NCBI GenBank assembly: GCA_040751795.1 | Contig: JBFMHR010000003.1 | Location: 289,597-353,596 of the forward strand | Length of the DNA stretch: 64,000 nt | Direction of reading: 5' to 3' | Source: Thermoplasmatota archaeon | GTDB taxonomy: Archaea; Thermoplasmatota; Thermoplasmata; UBA10834 | In this document: positions 47,972-58,284 of the stretch, in pieces | Numbering within the stretch: position 1 is the stretch's first letter | Layout of the letters: every line of letters begins with the position of its first letter | Made by a program: the position numbers and the translations under genes | The notes under the pieces: model-generated | Told to the model about the DNA's origin: nothing | The model's input: only the letters and a program-made list of their open reading frames with translations | Database searches by the model: none

Positions 47972-49053
47972 ACCGCATCCTCTCTGAGACCATCTCCTTC
48001 GGGCGGCAGTACCTGAGGACGAAGATAGGCCCGTTCTTCGCGTTCATCTTCCCGATACTGCTCATCGTGATCTTCGGCGCGATATTCACGTCCTCCGACG
48101 GCTCGGGGATCTCCCTGCCGGTGCAGAACCTCGACCAGGGCCCGCACTCCGTCGCGCTGATGGAGATCCTGAACAGCACCGGCTACTTCGAGATCTCCAT
48201 GGTCGCGGAGGGCGAGGACATCGTGGACTACATCAACGACAACTCCCTCGCGCTCGCCCTGCGCATCCCGGCCGACTTCAGCTCGGACATCGACGCGTCC
48301 GCGCCGGCGAGCGTCACACTCTACGGGGACATGTCGCGCTCGAGCTTCCCCATAGCCCAGGGGGTGCTCGACGCAGTCATCAGCCAGATGAACTACGACC
48401 TGACGGGCGCGAGCCCGATCGTGTCCTTCGACGTGCAGAACGCGGGGTCGGAGCAGCTCTCGGCCTACGACTTCCTCCTGCCGGGCTTCGTCGGCCTGAC
48501 CATAATGGTCAGCGCCATGTACTTCATGACCTCGATCTGCGCGGAGCACAGGTCCAGGGGCTACTTCAAGCTCCTCGCCACGACGACGCTCAAGAAGTCG
48601 GAGTGGCTCGTGTCCAAGTTCATCTTCAACTCCCTGATGCTGATATTCTCGCTCCTGGCGACCTTCGCGGTGGCCGTCGCTTTGTTCGACCTGAAGGCCG
48701 TGCTCACGCCCGTCGCCTTCCTCCTGGTCGTCGCGGGCGCCTTCATGTTCACGAGCCTCGGGATGCTCATCGGGGTCGTGGTCAAGGACCCGGAGTCCGC
48801 CGCCGCGATATCGAACGTCATCGGCTTCCCGATGATGTTCCTCTCCGGCTCGTTCTGGGACCTGAGCGCCGCCCCGCTGTACCTCCAGGCCATATCCAAG
48901 GCCATGCCGCTCACGTACCTCAACGACGGCCTCAGGGACACGATGGTGTACGCCAACGAGGAGAGCGCCCTGGTCAACACACTGATTGTCCTCGCGATCG
49001 GCCTCGTGTGCTTCCTGCTCGCGAGCAGGCTGATGTCCTGGAAGGAGCGCTGA
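47968..49053 (+). CDS. ABC-2 type permease
   Basis: Six TMs, FPMMFLSG..PLTYL; ATGA overlap with the ATPase gene. Confidence 0.9.
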   Translation: MNRILSETISFGRQYLRTKIGPFFAFIFPILLIVIFGAIFTSSDGSGISLPVQNLDQGPHSVALMEILNSTGYFEISMVAEGEDIVDYINDNSLALALRIPADFSSDIDASAPASVTLYGDMSRSSFPIAQGVLDAVISQMNYDLTGASPIVSFDVQNAGSEQLSAYDFLLPGFVGLTIMVSAMYFMTSICAEHRSRGYFKLLATTTLKKSEWLVSKFIFNSLMLIFSLLATFAVAVALFDLKAVLTPVAFLLVVAGAFMFTSLGMLIGVVVKDPESAAAISNVIGFPMMFLSGSFWDLSAAPLYLQAISKAMPLTYLNDGLRDTMVYANEESALVNTLIVLAIGLVCFLLASRLMSWKER

Positions 49054-49065
49054 GCGCGGGCCCGC

Positions 49066-50505
49066 TCACCGCGCCGCCTTCGCGAGCTCCCGGAGGGCCT
49101 CCTCCTCGTGCTTGCGCGCCTCTCTCAGTATGCCTGCGCCCTTCCTCCTGTCCGGCTCCGTCATCCTCCCCTCGAAGCCGAACGGGAACAGGCGCGAGAA
49201 CTCCTCCATCCGCCCCGCGGCCCTGGCGTACGCCTCGGCCGACGAGGCGATGTGGCCCCTGGCCGCGGCCGCCGCCCTCGGGCCCAGCCGCTTCAAGTAG
49301 GTCGACGACATGGCCCGCCCTTCGGCGACGCACCCGGCGGTGTAGCTGTTGCCGAGGTAGTTCTGCTCCTCCTCCGGCACATCGGTCAGGACCCTCGCCC
49401 ACTCCTCGTACGCGTCCGGGCCCGCCACGTAGCCCTTCTGCACCGGCATCTCCGCGGCGGCGAACCTCGCGGCCCTCGACAGCACCTCGTCCACGAAGGC
49501 CCTGTCCTCGTGGGTCCGGGTGCCCTTGCTGAAGTAGAACGCGTCTATGCACCCGGGCGAGTCCAGGGCGTGGAACGGTACGGGCTCCTCCGCCTTCCCC
49601 TTCTCGTTGAGGGACCTGAACGTGCTGACTATGTACGACTGGCCATCGTAGCCGTTGACGATCCCGTACTCGGGGGCGGCGAGGCCGTAGATCACCACGG
49701 GCCTGTCCTCGTCCACCTCCCTCCGGACCCTGTCGAAGAGCTTCGAGACGACCTCGAGCTCCCGCGGGGTCGGCGAACCCGCCTTCGCCGGGTAGGAGTG
49801 CTGGTAGATGTAGGGCTCGATCCTCATGCCGAACGACTCGGTGGCCTTCAACATCTCCCTGAATGTCTTGACGTGCGTGGCGGTCGGCCCGGAGGGACAG
49901 GTCTGCCCCTTGGCCACGTTGATGATGAACGAGTACCCGCTCGCCCCTCCGACGTCCGTCGCGTCGCATCCGCTGCCCAGGGCCGAGAGGCACCCCGCCA
50001 TGGCCCCCGTGTAAGAGAGCCAGCATGGCTGGTATGCCGCCGGCCTGCTCACTATCCTCCTTCCTGCCCCTTCTCCCATGAAAGCCCTCCTGTACCTCGT
50101 CTGGAGGCGAGCCCTCTCCTCCTCCGCCCTCCGGGACGAGCTCATGTACATGGACACCGCCGCCCCGAGCAGCTCCCGCCCGTCCACCGTGAGCTCGTAC
50201 CGGCCCCGCTCCCTCCTCCTCACCAGCCCGTTCTCGACGAGCTTGGCGAGGTGGTTCGCGAGCGCGGTCTTCGAGAGCCCGGTCTTGGACATCATCGTCG
50301 AGAACCCACCGTCCCCCCTGAGCATCAGGGTGAGGATCATCACCCTCGCGGGATTCGCGGCAGAGCTCAGCAGTCCGGCGATGCCGTCCGAGTTGTCGAC
50401 CAGGGCCTCGTCCGCGCCCTTCTCCTTCCTTGGGGCCGTGTGCGCCGCCTTCTTCGTATATGAGACTGCCGCGCCGTTCTTAAAAGCTTCGCTAGGTGTG
50501 AACAT
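49066..50505 (-). CDS. ArsR-type wHTH fused to a BtrH/C39-peptidase-like domain (start uncertain)
   Basis: ANPARVMIL..LSKTALANHLAKLVENGLV HTH; GGASGYSF, CPSGPT, EYGIVNGYDG domain. Confidence 0.6.
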   Translation of the reverse strand: MFTPSEAFKNGAAVSYTKKAAHTAPRKEKGADEALVDNSDGIAGLLSSAANPARVMILTLMLRGDGGFSTMMSKTGLSKTALANHLAKLVENGLVRRRERGRYELTVDGRELLGAAVSMYMSSSRRAEEERARLQTRYRRAFMGEGAGRRIVSRPAAYQPCWLSYTGAMAGCLSALGSGCDATDVGGASGYSFIINVAKGQTCPSGPTATHVKTFREMLKATESFGMRIEPYIYQHSYPAKAGSPTPRELEVVSKLFDRVRREVDEDRPVVIYGLAAPEYGIVNGYDGQSYIVSTFRSLNEKGKAEEPVPFHALDSPGCIDAFYFSKGTRTHEDRAFVDEVLSRAARFAAAEMPVQKGYVAGPDAYEEWARVLTDVPEEEQNYLGNSYTAGCVAEGRAMSSTYLKRLGPRAAAAARGHIASSAEAYARAAGRMEEFSRLFPFGFEGRMTEPDRRKGAGILREARKHEEEALRELAKAAR

Positions 50506-50670
50506 TGGTTCCAAAAAACATGAACAACACGCCGCGGAGGGACGCGGGTATCGCGGTTCGCCCACCGGCGCAGGGCATCCTCCTTAAGTACGGAGGACTC
50601 TGTTCACCCCCGCTGAGGCAGGGCCGCCCTGAGGCGACTGGCCCTGGCCGCTCGGGGACCGGGGATTCGC

Positions 50671-52134
50671 ATGGGTTCTGGGAAGGGCACGCTCACCGTT
50701 CTGGAGAAATCGGACCTGGAGAGGATACACGGCGCGACCATGGAGGTGCTCGACAAGACAGGGGTCTTCGTCGACTCCCCCGAGGCGCTCGACCTGCTCG
50801 GCAAGGCCGGGCACAGGGTCGACAGGAGGACGAGGATAGTGCGGATGTCGGAGTCGTCCGTGAGCGAGGCGGTCAAGAGCTGCGCCCGCAACTTCAGGTG
50901 GCACGCGAGGAGCGAGAAGCGCTCGATGGACGTCGTCGACGGCCGTACCAAGTTCGGGCCAGGCGCCCAGTGCCTCTTCTACATCGACCCCGACACGGGC
51001 GAGTACAGGCCGTCGACCCTCCAGGACGGGATCAGGATCACCAGGCTGGTGGACGCCCTCGACACGTGCGCCGTCGGCTATGTCCCGGTGTACCCCGGCG
51101 ACGTCCCGACGGGCGCAATGAGCATGGTCATGTGGGCCACGAGCCTGATGCACACCTCGAAGCCGAGCTTCGGCAGCAGCGGCGACCCGGTCGAGTTCGA
51201 GCTGATGCAGCGGATAGTCGAGCTGATCCACGGGGACAGGGGGATGCTGGCGAAGAAGCCCCTGTTCCCGGGATACATCGACCCGATCAGCCCCCTGGGG
51301 CACGACAACGGGATGACCAACACGCTGCTCAGGCACGCGGAGAAGGACCTCCCCGTCTTCGTCATGGTCATGGCGCTCGCGGGCGGGACGGCCCCCGCCT
51401 CGCTGGCGGGGCTCCTGGTCCAGCAGAACGCGGAGATCCTCAGCTCGATAGCGATCGCGAAGTGCGTGACGAAGACCCCGAGGATAGTCTACGGGTCGGT
51501 CTCGTGCCCGCTGGACATGAGGTCCGGCATCGCGGCCACGGGGGCACCGGAGTTCTCGCTGATGGGCGTCGGCGCGGTGCAGCTCGCCAGATACTACGGC
51601 CTCCCGAGCGACATGGGCGTGCAGAGCGACTCGAAGGCGGTGGACGCCCAGACGTCGTACGAGAAGATGCAGTCCGCGGTGATGGCCACGCTCGCGGGCG
51701 CGGACATGGCGGAGCTCTTCATGGGCTCCACGGAGGCGTTCAACGCGTTCTCGCCGGTGCAGCTCATGATCGACGACCAGATCGCCTCGAGCGCAATGAG
51801 GATCGCCGAGGGGATCCGGGTTGACGACGAGTCCCTGTCGGTCGACGTCATCGGCAGGACCGGCCCGCAGGGCAACTACCTCAAGAGGAAGGAGACGCTG
51901 GCGCAGTTCAGGAGGGAGCACCGCATGCCCAGGGTGTCCGACAGGTCGACGAGGCAGCAGTGGGCCGCGTCGGGCTCGAAGCACGTCGAGGAGCGGGCCA
52001 GGGAGAGGATGCGCGAGGTCCTGAGGACGCACGAGCCGGAGCCGCTCGAGCCCGAGGTCAGCAAGGGGATCGCCCAGCTGGTGAGGGAATATGCCAAGGG
52101 GTTCGACCCGAGGCTGCTCGCCCTCTCGCGGTGA
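50671..52134 (+). CDS. Trimethylamine methyltransferase (MttB) superfamily, non-pyrrolysine
   Basis: IHGATMEVL, ISPL, GTAPASLAG.LVQQNAEIL, DMRSG..GAPE, SDSKAVDAQ, GPQGNYL; no internal amber codon. Confidence 0.88.
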   Translation: MGSGKGTLTVLEKSDLERIHGATMEVLDKTGVFVDSPEALDLLGKAGHRVDRRTRIVRMSESSVSEAVKSCARNFRWHARSEKRSMDVVDGRTKFGPGAQCLFYIDPDTGEYRPSTLQDGIRITRLVDALDTCAVGYVPVYPGDVPTGAMSMVMWATSLMHTSKPSFGSSGDPVEFELMQRIVELIHGDRGMLAKKPLFPGYIDPISPLGHDNGMTNTLLRHAEKDLPVFVMVMALAGGTAPASLAGLLVQQNAEILSSIAIAKCVTKTPRIVYGSVSCPLDMRSGIAATGAPEFSLMGVGAVQLARYYGLPSDMGVQSDSKAVDAQTSYEKMQSAVMATLAGADMAELFMGSTEAFNAFSPVQLMIDDQIASSAMRIAEGIRVDDESLSVDVIGRTGPQGNYLKRKETLAQFRREHRMPRVSDRSTRQQWAASGSKHVEERARERMREVLRTHEPEPLEPEVSKGIAQLVREYAKGFDPRLLALSR

Positions 52135-52196
52135 CGGCCGGGCCTGATAACGGACGCGGCCGGCGAGCAGCACGACTGCGATGGCCGGGTGTGGTC

Positions 52197-52637
52197 TCAG
52201 CGTACCTCGATTATCTGGAACCCGGAGTCAGGGTCGTTGCCGAAGGCGTCGAGCCTTCCGCGTATCCTCCACTCGTGCCTGACCTGGCCGTTGTACGACG
52301 GCTGCCCCATGGGCAGCTGGATCGTCGTCTCGACGACCTTGGTCTCGTTCGGCTGGAGGACGAAGGCCGGCCCTATCGGGATCGCCTGGTTTATCGTCTG
52401 CGCCTGGACTTGGGTCATCTGTCCGCAGTGCTTGCACTTGACCTGCCCAGCCTCGGTGGCGTGTACGTCGACGAAGACGCCCCCGGACTTGACCTCCTTG
52501 CCCATCGACACCACGGTCACCTTGACGGGAAGGGAGTCGCCAGGTTTCAGTGGCAGGTGCGGGTACTCGATGCTCACCTTGGCCGAGCCGCCGGTTATTG
52601 CCGACCCGGCGGACTTCATCTTGTCTAGGAACCCCAT
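52197..52637 (-). CDS. Spo0M/arrestin-fold-like protein with CxxC insert
   Basis: MGFLDKMKS..GGSAKV start and LDAFGNDPD end, typical of Spo0M-like proteins. Confidence 0.55.
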   Translation of the reverse strand: MGFLDKMKSAGSAITGGSAKVSIEYPHLPLKPGDSLPVKVTVVSMGKEVKSGGVFVDVHATEAGQVKCKHCGQMTQVQAQTINQAIPIGPAFVLQPNETKVVETTIQLPMGQPSYNGQVRHEWRIRGRLDAFGNDPDSGFQIIEVR

Positions 52638-52774
52638 ATGTCACACCGCTGAGTGGTTCGAGGGCATCGCGGGATATATTACCCTTATGGGCTCGGGATG
52701 CCCTGGCATCATACGGAACATATACATCCGCCGAACCCGATGATGCCGGCATCGCAGAGCCGGAGCCGAGGACC

Positions 52775-53512
52775 TTGATCGACATCCCGTCGTTGGACAG
52801 CTTGGAGAAGGGCCGCACGGGCCCCATGTTCCAGAGCAAGAAGAACCGCGTGTTCAGGTCCACAGTCGCCGGGGAGTCCTACGTGGTGAAGGTCTACAGG
52901 GGGGAATGGCGGGAGAGGGCGGCCGTCGAGCACGGCATCCTCGTGGCGTGCCGCGACAGGGGCGTCCCGGTCCCAGAGCCGCTCGCCCTGTTGCCCGGCG
53001 TGATCGTGATGGCCCCCGTGGAGGGCCGCATCGCGGGCGATGTGTTCGACTGCCTGTTCGCAGCATGCAGGGGGGACGTGCTCGGGTCCGAGCAGGAGAG
53101 GCTCGCGGACCTGCTCGTGCGGTGGCTGGCGAGCTTCCACGAGGCGTTCGGGTACGGGCTCGCGCGCGGCGACACCATCCTGAGAAACTTCATAGTCACC
53201 GAGCGGGGGGCGGTCGGCCTCGACTTCGAGGAGGCGGCGCGGGGGGACACCCTCTCCGACCTGGGTCAGCTATGCGCGAGCGCCATGATGGCTGACCCCG
53301 CGTTCACCGGGGCGAAGATTGCGTTCGCAAGGAGGCTGGCCGACAGGTACTGGGCCGTCTCCGGGCAGCGGAGGATGGGCGAGCTGGACGGAGCCGTCAC
53401 TGCGGCGATCCGCCACTACGCGCAGTTCAGGCCGAACGGTAAGGCCCTCCTCGCCCACGCGGACAGGATCGAGCGGGGAGAGGTCGTGGTCTCCTCCTCA
53501 GAGGAGCTGTAG
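52775..53512 (+). CDS. Protein-kinase-like phosphotransferase (APH/RIO-like)
   Basis: VVKVY, E..IL, VPVP, RGDTILRNF, LDFEEA, DLG; TTG start assumed. Confidence 0.7.
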   Translation: MIDIPSLDSLEKGRTGPMFQSKKNRVFRSTVAGESYVVKVYRGEWRERAAVEHGILVACRDRGVPVPEPLALLPGVIVMAPVEGRIAGDVFDCLFAACRGDVLGSEQERLADLLVRWLASFHEAFGYGLARGDTILRNFIVTERGAVGLDFEEAARGDTLSDLGQLCASAMMADPAFTGAKIAFARRLADRYWAVSGQRRMGELDGAVTAAIRHYAQFRPNGKALLAHADRIERGEVVVSSSEEL

Positions 53513-54253
53513 CCCGGGGCACCTGGTGACGAGGAACGCCAGGGCCAGGGCGGCCGCGGAGGCCGCGAGGAAGGCGACGTCGTGGGCGGTCATCTTCGTC
53601 GGCCTCAGCTGGGTCCTGGTCGCGTACATCCCGAACCCCCTGCCCGACATCGAGGCGGCCACGTAGTTGACCCTGGACATGGCGGTCATGAGCATCGGCA
53701 TGGTGGTGTACCTCGCGGACCGCACGATGCCCCTGAGGCTCCTGTCGAGCCTGAGTCCCCTGGTGACCTGCGCCTCCCTCACCGTCGCGAGCTCGAACCT
53801 GAAGACCGGTACGAACCTCATCGAGAGCGCTGGGAGGAACGCGTACCTGTAGGGGAACCCCGCGGTCGTTAGGGCGGAGGAGAGCTCCGCCGGCGTGGTC
53901 GTGGCGACGAATATCCACGACATCATTATCAGGCTCAGGAACTTGCCGGCGATGGTGAGGCCGTCCGCGACCCCGCCTGTCGTCACCTCGAACACGTACC
54001 AGCTCGCGACCTCGTCCCCCGAATGGTTGAAGACCACCTGCGCGAGGAAGATGGTGCCGGCGAACATGGCGATCCCCTTGGTCATCACCCCCCGCGCCCC
54101 GAACCTCTCCTTCGCGACGAGGACGAGCACTGCGAAGGCGGTCATGTGCACTGGGTCCGAGACCAGGAGGACCAGCACCGAGCACATCACGAGGAGCAAC
54201 GCCTTCGTTATGGGGTTCAGGCGGCCCCCTCCCGCGCCGGCCCCGGCAGTCAT
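53498..54253 (-). CDS. ecfT: ECF transporter T component
   Basis: LNPITK, TTTPAEL, MRFVP, AQVTRG, MSGRGF coupling motifs. Confidence 0.9.
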   Translation of the reverse strand: MTAGAGAGGGRLNPITKALLLVMCSVLVLLVSDPVHMTAFAVLVLVAKERFGARGVMTKGIAMFAGTIFLAQVVFNHSGDEVASWYVFEVTTGGVADGLTIAGKFLSLIMMSWIFVATTTPAELSSALTTAGFPYRYAFLPALSMRFVPVFRFELATVREAQVTRGLRLDRSLRGIVRSARYTTMPMLMTAMSRVNYVAASMSGRGFGMYATRTQLRPTKMTAHDVAFLAASAAALALAFLVTRCPGLQLL

Positions 54254-55713
54254 GCGCCACCCCCCGAGAAGAGGTCGTCCCACGCCCGCTCCGGGACGTC
54301 GGCCACTGGCCCGGACCTCACGACCCTCCCCGCGCCCATGAGGAGCACGTCGGTGCAGGTCCCTCTCGCGAAGTCGACGTCGTGTGTCACGACGATCGCG
54401 GTCTTGCCCGCGGCCCTGAGGCCGACTATCATGTCCCTGATGGCCGCCGCGTTCGCGGCGTCCTGCCCGGCGAAGGGCTCGTCCAGCAGGACGAGACTGG
54501 GACCGTGGGACGACGCCGAGGCGATGTTCACCCTCCTCTTCTGCCCGAAGCTGAGGCAGTGCGGGTGTACGAACCCCCTCACCGACTCCGCGGCCTCGAA
54601 CCTCCTCACCGCCTCTGCGGCCTCCTCCTTCGGGGCCCCGTAGTTGTCGGCGGCGAAGAGGACCTCCTTCTCGACCGTCCTCTCGAAGATCTGGTGGTTG
54701 GGATTCTGGAACACGAACCCCACGTCCCTGCCGATGGTCCATGGCTCCCCCCTCTTGTCCGCGCCGAACTCGTGCCCGAGGAGGCTGATCATCCCGGACC
54801 GGGGCTGGATGAGCCCTGTGAGGAGCCTGAGCAGCGTCGTCTTGCCCGCTCCGTTCTCCCCCATCAGGGCGACTATCGACCGCTCCGCGACCTCGAAGGA
54901 AACGTCCTCGAGGATGGTGACGCCGCCTATCTGGCAGGACAGCCCCTGGACCGAGACGGCCTTGACCTCCGACCGCTGGACCACCTGCGCGGGAGGACGG
55001 GGGGCGGCTCCGCCGACCAGGCCCGCGAAGCCCGGGGAGCCCCTGCCCATGTCCTCGACGAGCCTCCCCCTCTCCATGACCATCGCCCGCGACGCGAGGT
55101 GGGCGAACTGGCCGGGCCTGTGCTCGACGACGACTATGGTCATCTCCCTGGCCCGCCTCAGCGCGTCCACCGCCGCCACGACCTCGCGCACCGAGCGCGG
55201 GTCGAGGTTGGAGGTCGGCTCGTCCAGTATCAGGAGTTTGGGCCCGATGGCAAGCATCGAAGCTATCGCGACCTTCTGCTTCTCCCCGCCCGAGAGGGTG
55301 GTGAGCCTCCTGTCGACGAGGTGAGAGGCGCAGACGCTGGCGAGGGCGCTGTCGACTGCGTCCCGTATCTCCCCCCTCGGCAGGTTCAGGTTCTCGGGCC
55401 CGAAGGCCACCTCGTCCTCGACGACCTCCGTGCAGAACTGGGTCTCCGGGTCCTGCTGGACCATGCAGGCGACCTTCGACGCCGAGGTCGCGTCCTGGAA
55501 CGCCTGCCCGCCGATACTGACCGTCCCCTTCTTCTCCGCATGGATGATCTCAGGGATGAATCCGCAGACCGCCTGCATCGCGGTGGACTTGCCCGAGGCG
55601 CTCCCGCCCATGAGGAGGACGAACTCCCCGGGGCCGATGCGGAAGCTTATGCCGTCCACGGCCGGCTTGGACCGGTTCTCGTACCTGACGGTGAGGCCCT
55701 GGACGTCGAGCAT
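54250..55713 (-). CDS. ecfA: ECF transporter duplicated ATPase (A-A' fusion)
   Basis: GGSASGKST/QDPETQ/LSGGEKQ and GENGAGKT/FQNPNHQ/LSFGQKR. Confidence 0.92.
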   Translation of the reverse strand: MLDVQGLTVRYENRSKPAVDGISFRIGPGEFVLLMGGSASGKSTAMQAVCGFIPEIIHAEKKGTVSIGGQAFQDATSASKVACMVQQDPETQFCTEVVEDEVAFGPENLNLPRGEIRDAVDSALASVCASHLVDRRLTTLSGGEKQKVAIASMLAIGPKLLILDEPTSNLDPRSVREVVAAVDALRRAREMTIVVVEHRPGQFAHLASRAMVMERGRLVEDMGRGSPGFAGLVGGAAPRPPAQVVQRSEVKAVSVQGLSCQIGGVTILEDVSFEVAERSIVALMGENGAGKTTLLRLLTGLIQPRSGMISLLGHEFGADKRGEPWTIGRDVGFVFQNPNHQIFERTVEKEVLFAADNYGAPKEEAAEAVRRFEAAESVRGFVHPHCLSFGQKRRVNIASASSHGPSLVLLDEPFAGQDAANAAAIRDMIVGLRAAGKTAIVVTHDVDFARGTCTDVLLMGAGRVVRSGPVADVPERAWDDLFSGGGA

Positions 55714-56787
55714 CTACCTCACTTCGACCTTGGTCACGTCCTCTACCCAGTACGCCCCCTCGTAGTTGGCGGCGACGACCCTCAGCCTCCCGTCCTCGAG
55801 GGTCAGGATGAGCTCGCCGTCCCCGAGGACGTCGTCCATCTGGAAGACCGCGTAGTATCCGTCCGTTGCGGAGACCACGACCTCCGAGGCGCCGGCCTGC
55901 GGCTGCGCCTCCTCGACTACCCTCCAGAGGGACACACCTTCGTAGTCCCGCGGGTCGACATGGGTGACGCTCCCTATCAGCTCAGCGTTGACAACCACCT
56001 CGAACTCCTCGAAGTCGGTGTACCTGAAGGTGTACGGTTCCTCGACCAGCCCGGTGACCTCCGCGGTGCCCGCCTCCGTGACATCGTACACGACGGCATA
56101 GTAGTAGACGGCCCCGACGGTGAACGCCGCGAGGAACACCGCCATTACAGCAGCCGCGGCCCTCGCCCTGCGCTTGGCCGCCTTGCGGTCAGTCCACGCG
56201 GACTCCTCGACCGAGGGGTCGTCGACGACGATCCTCCTCTTGCCCAGGACCATCCCGGAGAACTCGAGCGACTCGAGCATCTCGAGGACCAGCCACCCGC
56301 CGAAGATGATGCCCGACGCCGCGGCGAGCATGCAGAGCATCGCAATGAGGACCGCGGGCACGCCGGCGAGGAAGAACGTGTAGAAGACCACGACGTTCGA
56401 TGCGGAGGAGAGCCCTCCGGCGACCGCGTAGAGCGTCGGGCTCCTGTCCTCCTTCGCCTTGTCCCTGAAGAGTATCAGGTCGGGAATGAGGCCCTGGACG
56501 AGGGAGACCGCGACTATGACGATCCCGTGGGTGCTCCCCATGAACAGCTCGATGACCCCCTTGAGCAGCCCGGTGGCCGTCGCCGCCCCCTTCTTGCGGG
56601 TTATCCCCAGGGCCAGCATTATCCATATGACGTGCAGGCCGGCCATGAACTGGCCGGCGCCGAAGGGCACCCCGATGATGTGGTTGACCATGTTGCCGAG
56701 GTACCCGATGTAGGTGGAGAGGACGCCCCCGAGCGCGGAGAGGAGTGCTATCGTCACGAGGTCCTTCGTCGTGAAGTGGTACTTCAT
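55714..56787 (-). CDS. ECF S component (YkoE-like) fused to a C-terminal sulfite-oxidase-type Moco-binding-like domain
   Basis: FTTKDLVTIALL, RKKGAAT, VQGLIPDL S-component motifs; an extra TM then YEGVSL..ATDGY..LRVV..WVEDV domain. Confidence 0.8.
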   Translation of the reverse strand: MKYHFTTKDLVTIALLSALGGVLSTYIGYLGNMVNHIIGVPFGAGQFMAGLHVIWIMLALGITRKKGAATATGLLKGVIELFMGSTHGIVIVAVSLVQGLIPDLILFRDKAKEDRSPTLYAVAGGLSSASNVVVFYTFFLAGVPAVLIAMLCMLAAASGIIFGGWLVLEMLESLEFSGMVLGKRRIVVDDPSVEESAWTDRKAAKRRARAAAAVMAVFLAAFTVGAVYYYAVVYDVTEAGTAEVTGLVEEPYTFRYTDFEEFEVVVNAELIGSVTHVDPRDYEGVSLWRVVEEAQPQAGASEVVVSATDGYYAVFQMDDVLGDGELILTLEDGRLRVVAANYEGAYWVEDVTKVEVR

Positions 56788-58274
56788 CCGAGCGCCTCCA
56801 CGGTTATCGTCAGGGCGTTCTTGACCCACCTCGCCCCCGCGGACTCGTAGACGTAGAACCCCTGCCCCTCGTACGACGTGAGCTCGCAGTCGGAGTTGCT
56901 GTAGACGCCGTCGTCGGGGAGCATCGCGAGCCTCGGCCCCTCCGTCCACTCGGGCGCGAGGACCCCGTCCATCTCCAGGGCGACCACCATCTCCCCCTGG
57001 AGGCCGAGCCAGGCCGCGTCCGGGTACGCGTTGAGGTACCCGAACTCCTGGAAGTAGCCGTCGGTGGACGTCACGGTGAGCAGGTCCCCCTCGGACATGC
57101 CGCCGACCAGGTCGATGAGGTCGCTGACTGGGACGCCCCTGTAGTGCCCCTCCCCGGTGATGCTGCCGTAGAGGTTCTCGTAGGAGGAGTCCCCCTCGAG
57201 CAGGTCCATGAGCATCAGTTCCTCGAAGGTCAGGTTGACGGATGCCCCGTCCCTGCCCACCACCTGGACGTAGGACGATGAGGGCGGGACGTACTCGACG
57301 TCGACCTTCTCGTAGGAGAAGCCGTCCCCGTCGACCGTCACGATCACGATGTGGTGCACCCCGTCGGTGAGGGTCCCGCCCGCGCCGCCGGTGATGAGGA
57401 AGTCGGTGCCCATCTCCCGCATCAGGTGGTACGCGTGGATGTGTCCCGAGAACACGGCGTCCACCCCCTCCTCGAGCACGAAGTCCTGTACCCGCCCGCA
57501 CGAGGCCGCGTCGAGGGTGTGGTTGTACTCGAAGGGGTCGTAGCTGGGCATGTGCGTCACCAGGACCTTCCTCTCCGCCCCCTCGTAGGCCTCCCTGAGC
57601 CACGCGACCTCCTCCTCCGACACCACCAGGTCGGACGAGTCGACGAAGGCGAATACGGTCCCTGAGTACTCGAAGCTGTACGCCTTCGGACCGAGCCTGG
57701 AGGCGTACTCATCGCCGCCGTCGGACTTGACGTCGTGGTTCCCGGGGGTCGACATGAACGGGACGGGCACGGACCCCATGGCCGCCTCGAACGCGTCGAA
57801 CTCGGAGGCCTGCCCCGACGGGGTCGTGTCCCCGCAGTGGACGATGAACTCGCACCCGGCCACCTCCTTGAGCGCCTCGGCGAGTATCTCGTTGTGTCCC
57901 TGGCTGTCGCCCATGACCGCGAACCTGTACGACTCCTTCTGCTGCGCCGAAAGCCGGAGCTCCGCCTCGGGCCCGTCAACGGTGCAGGTCACCGTCGTCC
58001 CGGTCCAGGTCGGGGTCCCAGAGTGCCCGGTGAGGGTCGAGCCGGGCAGGCAGTTCGTGAGGGTGACCTGCCCCTCGAAGTTCCCGAGGGACACCGCGAC
58101 CTCCGGCCCCAGGCACCTCACGGTGAGCGTGTCGGAGGCCTGGGCCAGCACGGCCCCTCCATCGACCTCCACGCCCCCCCAGAGCATCGGCAGGGCCAGG
58201 CCTGCCAGCACTATCGCCGAACAGGCCGCGACGGCCACGATGGCCAAGGTCCTGGGGTCGCGGATCCCTCTCAT
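56784..58274 (-). CDS. Membrane-anchored metallophosphoesterase fused to a Moco-binding-like domain
   Basis: GDSQ, HCGD, PGNHD, THMP, SGHIH calcineurin-like motifs; C-terminal YRGVPV..STDGY..GPRLA..WVKNA. Confidence 0.82.
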   Translation of the reverse strand: MRGIRDPRTLAIVAVAACSAIVLAGLALPMLWGGVEVDGGAVLAQASDTLTVRCLGPEVAVSLGNFEGQVTLTNCLPGSTLTGHSGTPTWTGTTVTCTVDGPEAELRLSAQQKESYRFAVMGDSQGHNEILAEALKEVAGCEFIVHCGDTTPSGQASEFDAFEAAMGSVPVPFMSTPGNHDVKSDGGDEYASRLGPKAYSFEYSGTVFAFVDSSDLVVSEEEVAWLREAYEGAERKVLVTHMPSYDPFEYNHTLDAASCGRVQDFVLEEGVDAVFSGHIHAYHLMREMGTDFLITGGAGGTLTDGVHHIVIVTVDGDGFSYEKVDVEYVPPSSSYVQVVGRDGASVNLTFEELMLMDLLEGDSSYENLYGSITGEGHYRGVPVSDLIDLVGGMSEGDLLTVTSTDGYFQEFGYLNAYPDAAWLGLQGEMVVALEMDGVLAPEWTEGPRLAMLPDDGVYSNSDCELTSYEGQGFYVYESAGARWVKNALTITVEALG

Positions 58275-58284
58275 CCTTCCCTCT

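Noticed and set aside
50671-52134. Pyrrolysine readthrough in MttB
   Set aside because: The ORF is full length with no internal TAG.
56788-57603. Long N-terminal extension of the S-component ORF
   Set aside because: Out-of-frame overlap with the metallophosphoesterase gene; the RBS and ATG at 56787 fit better.
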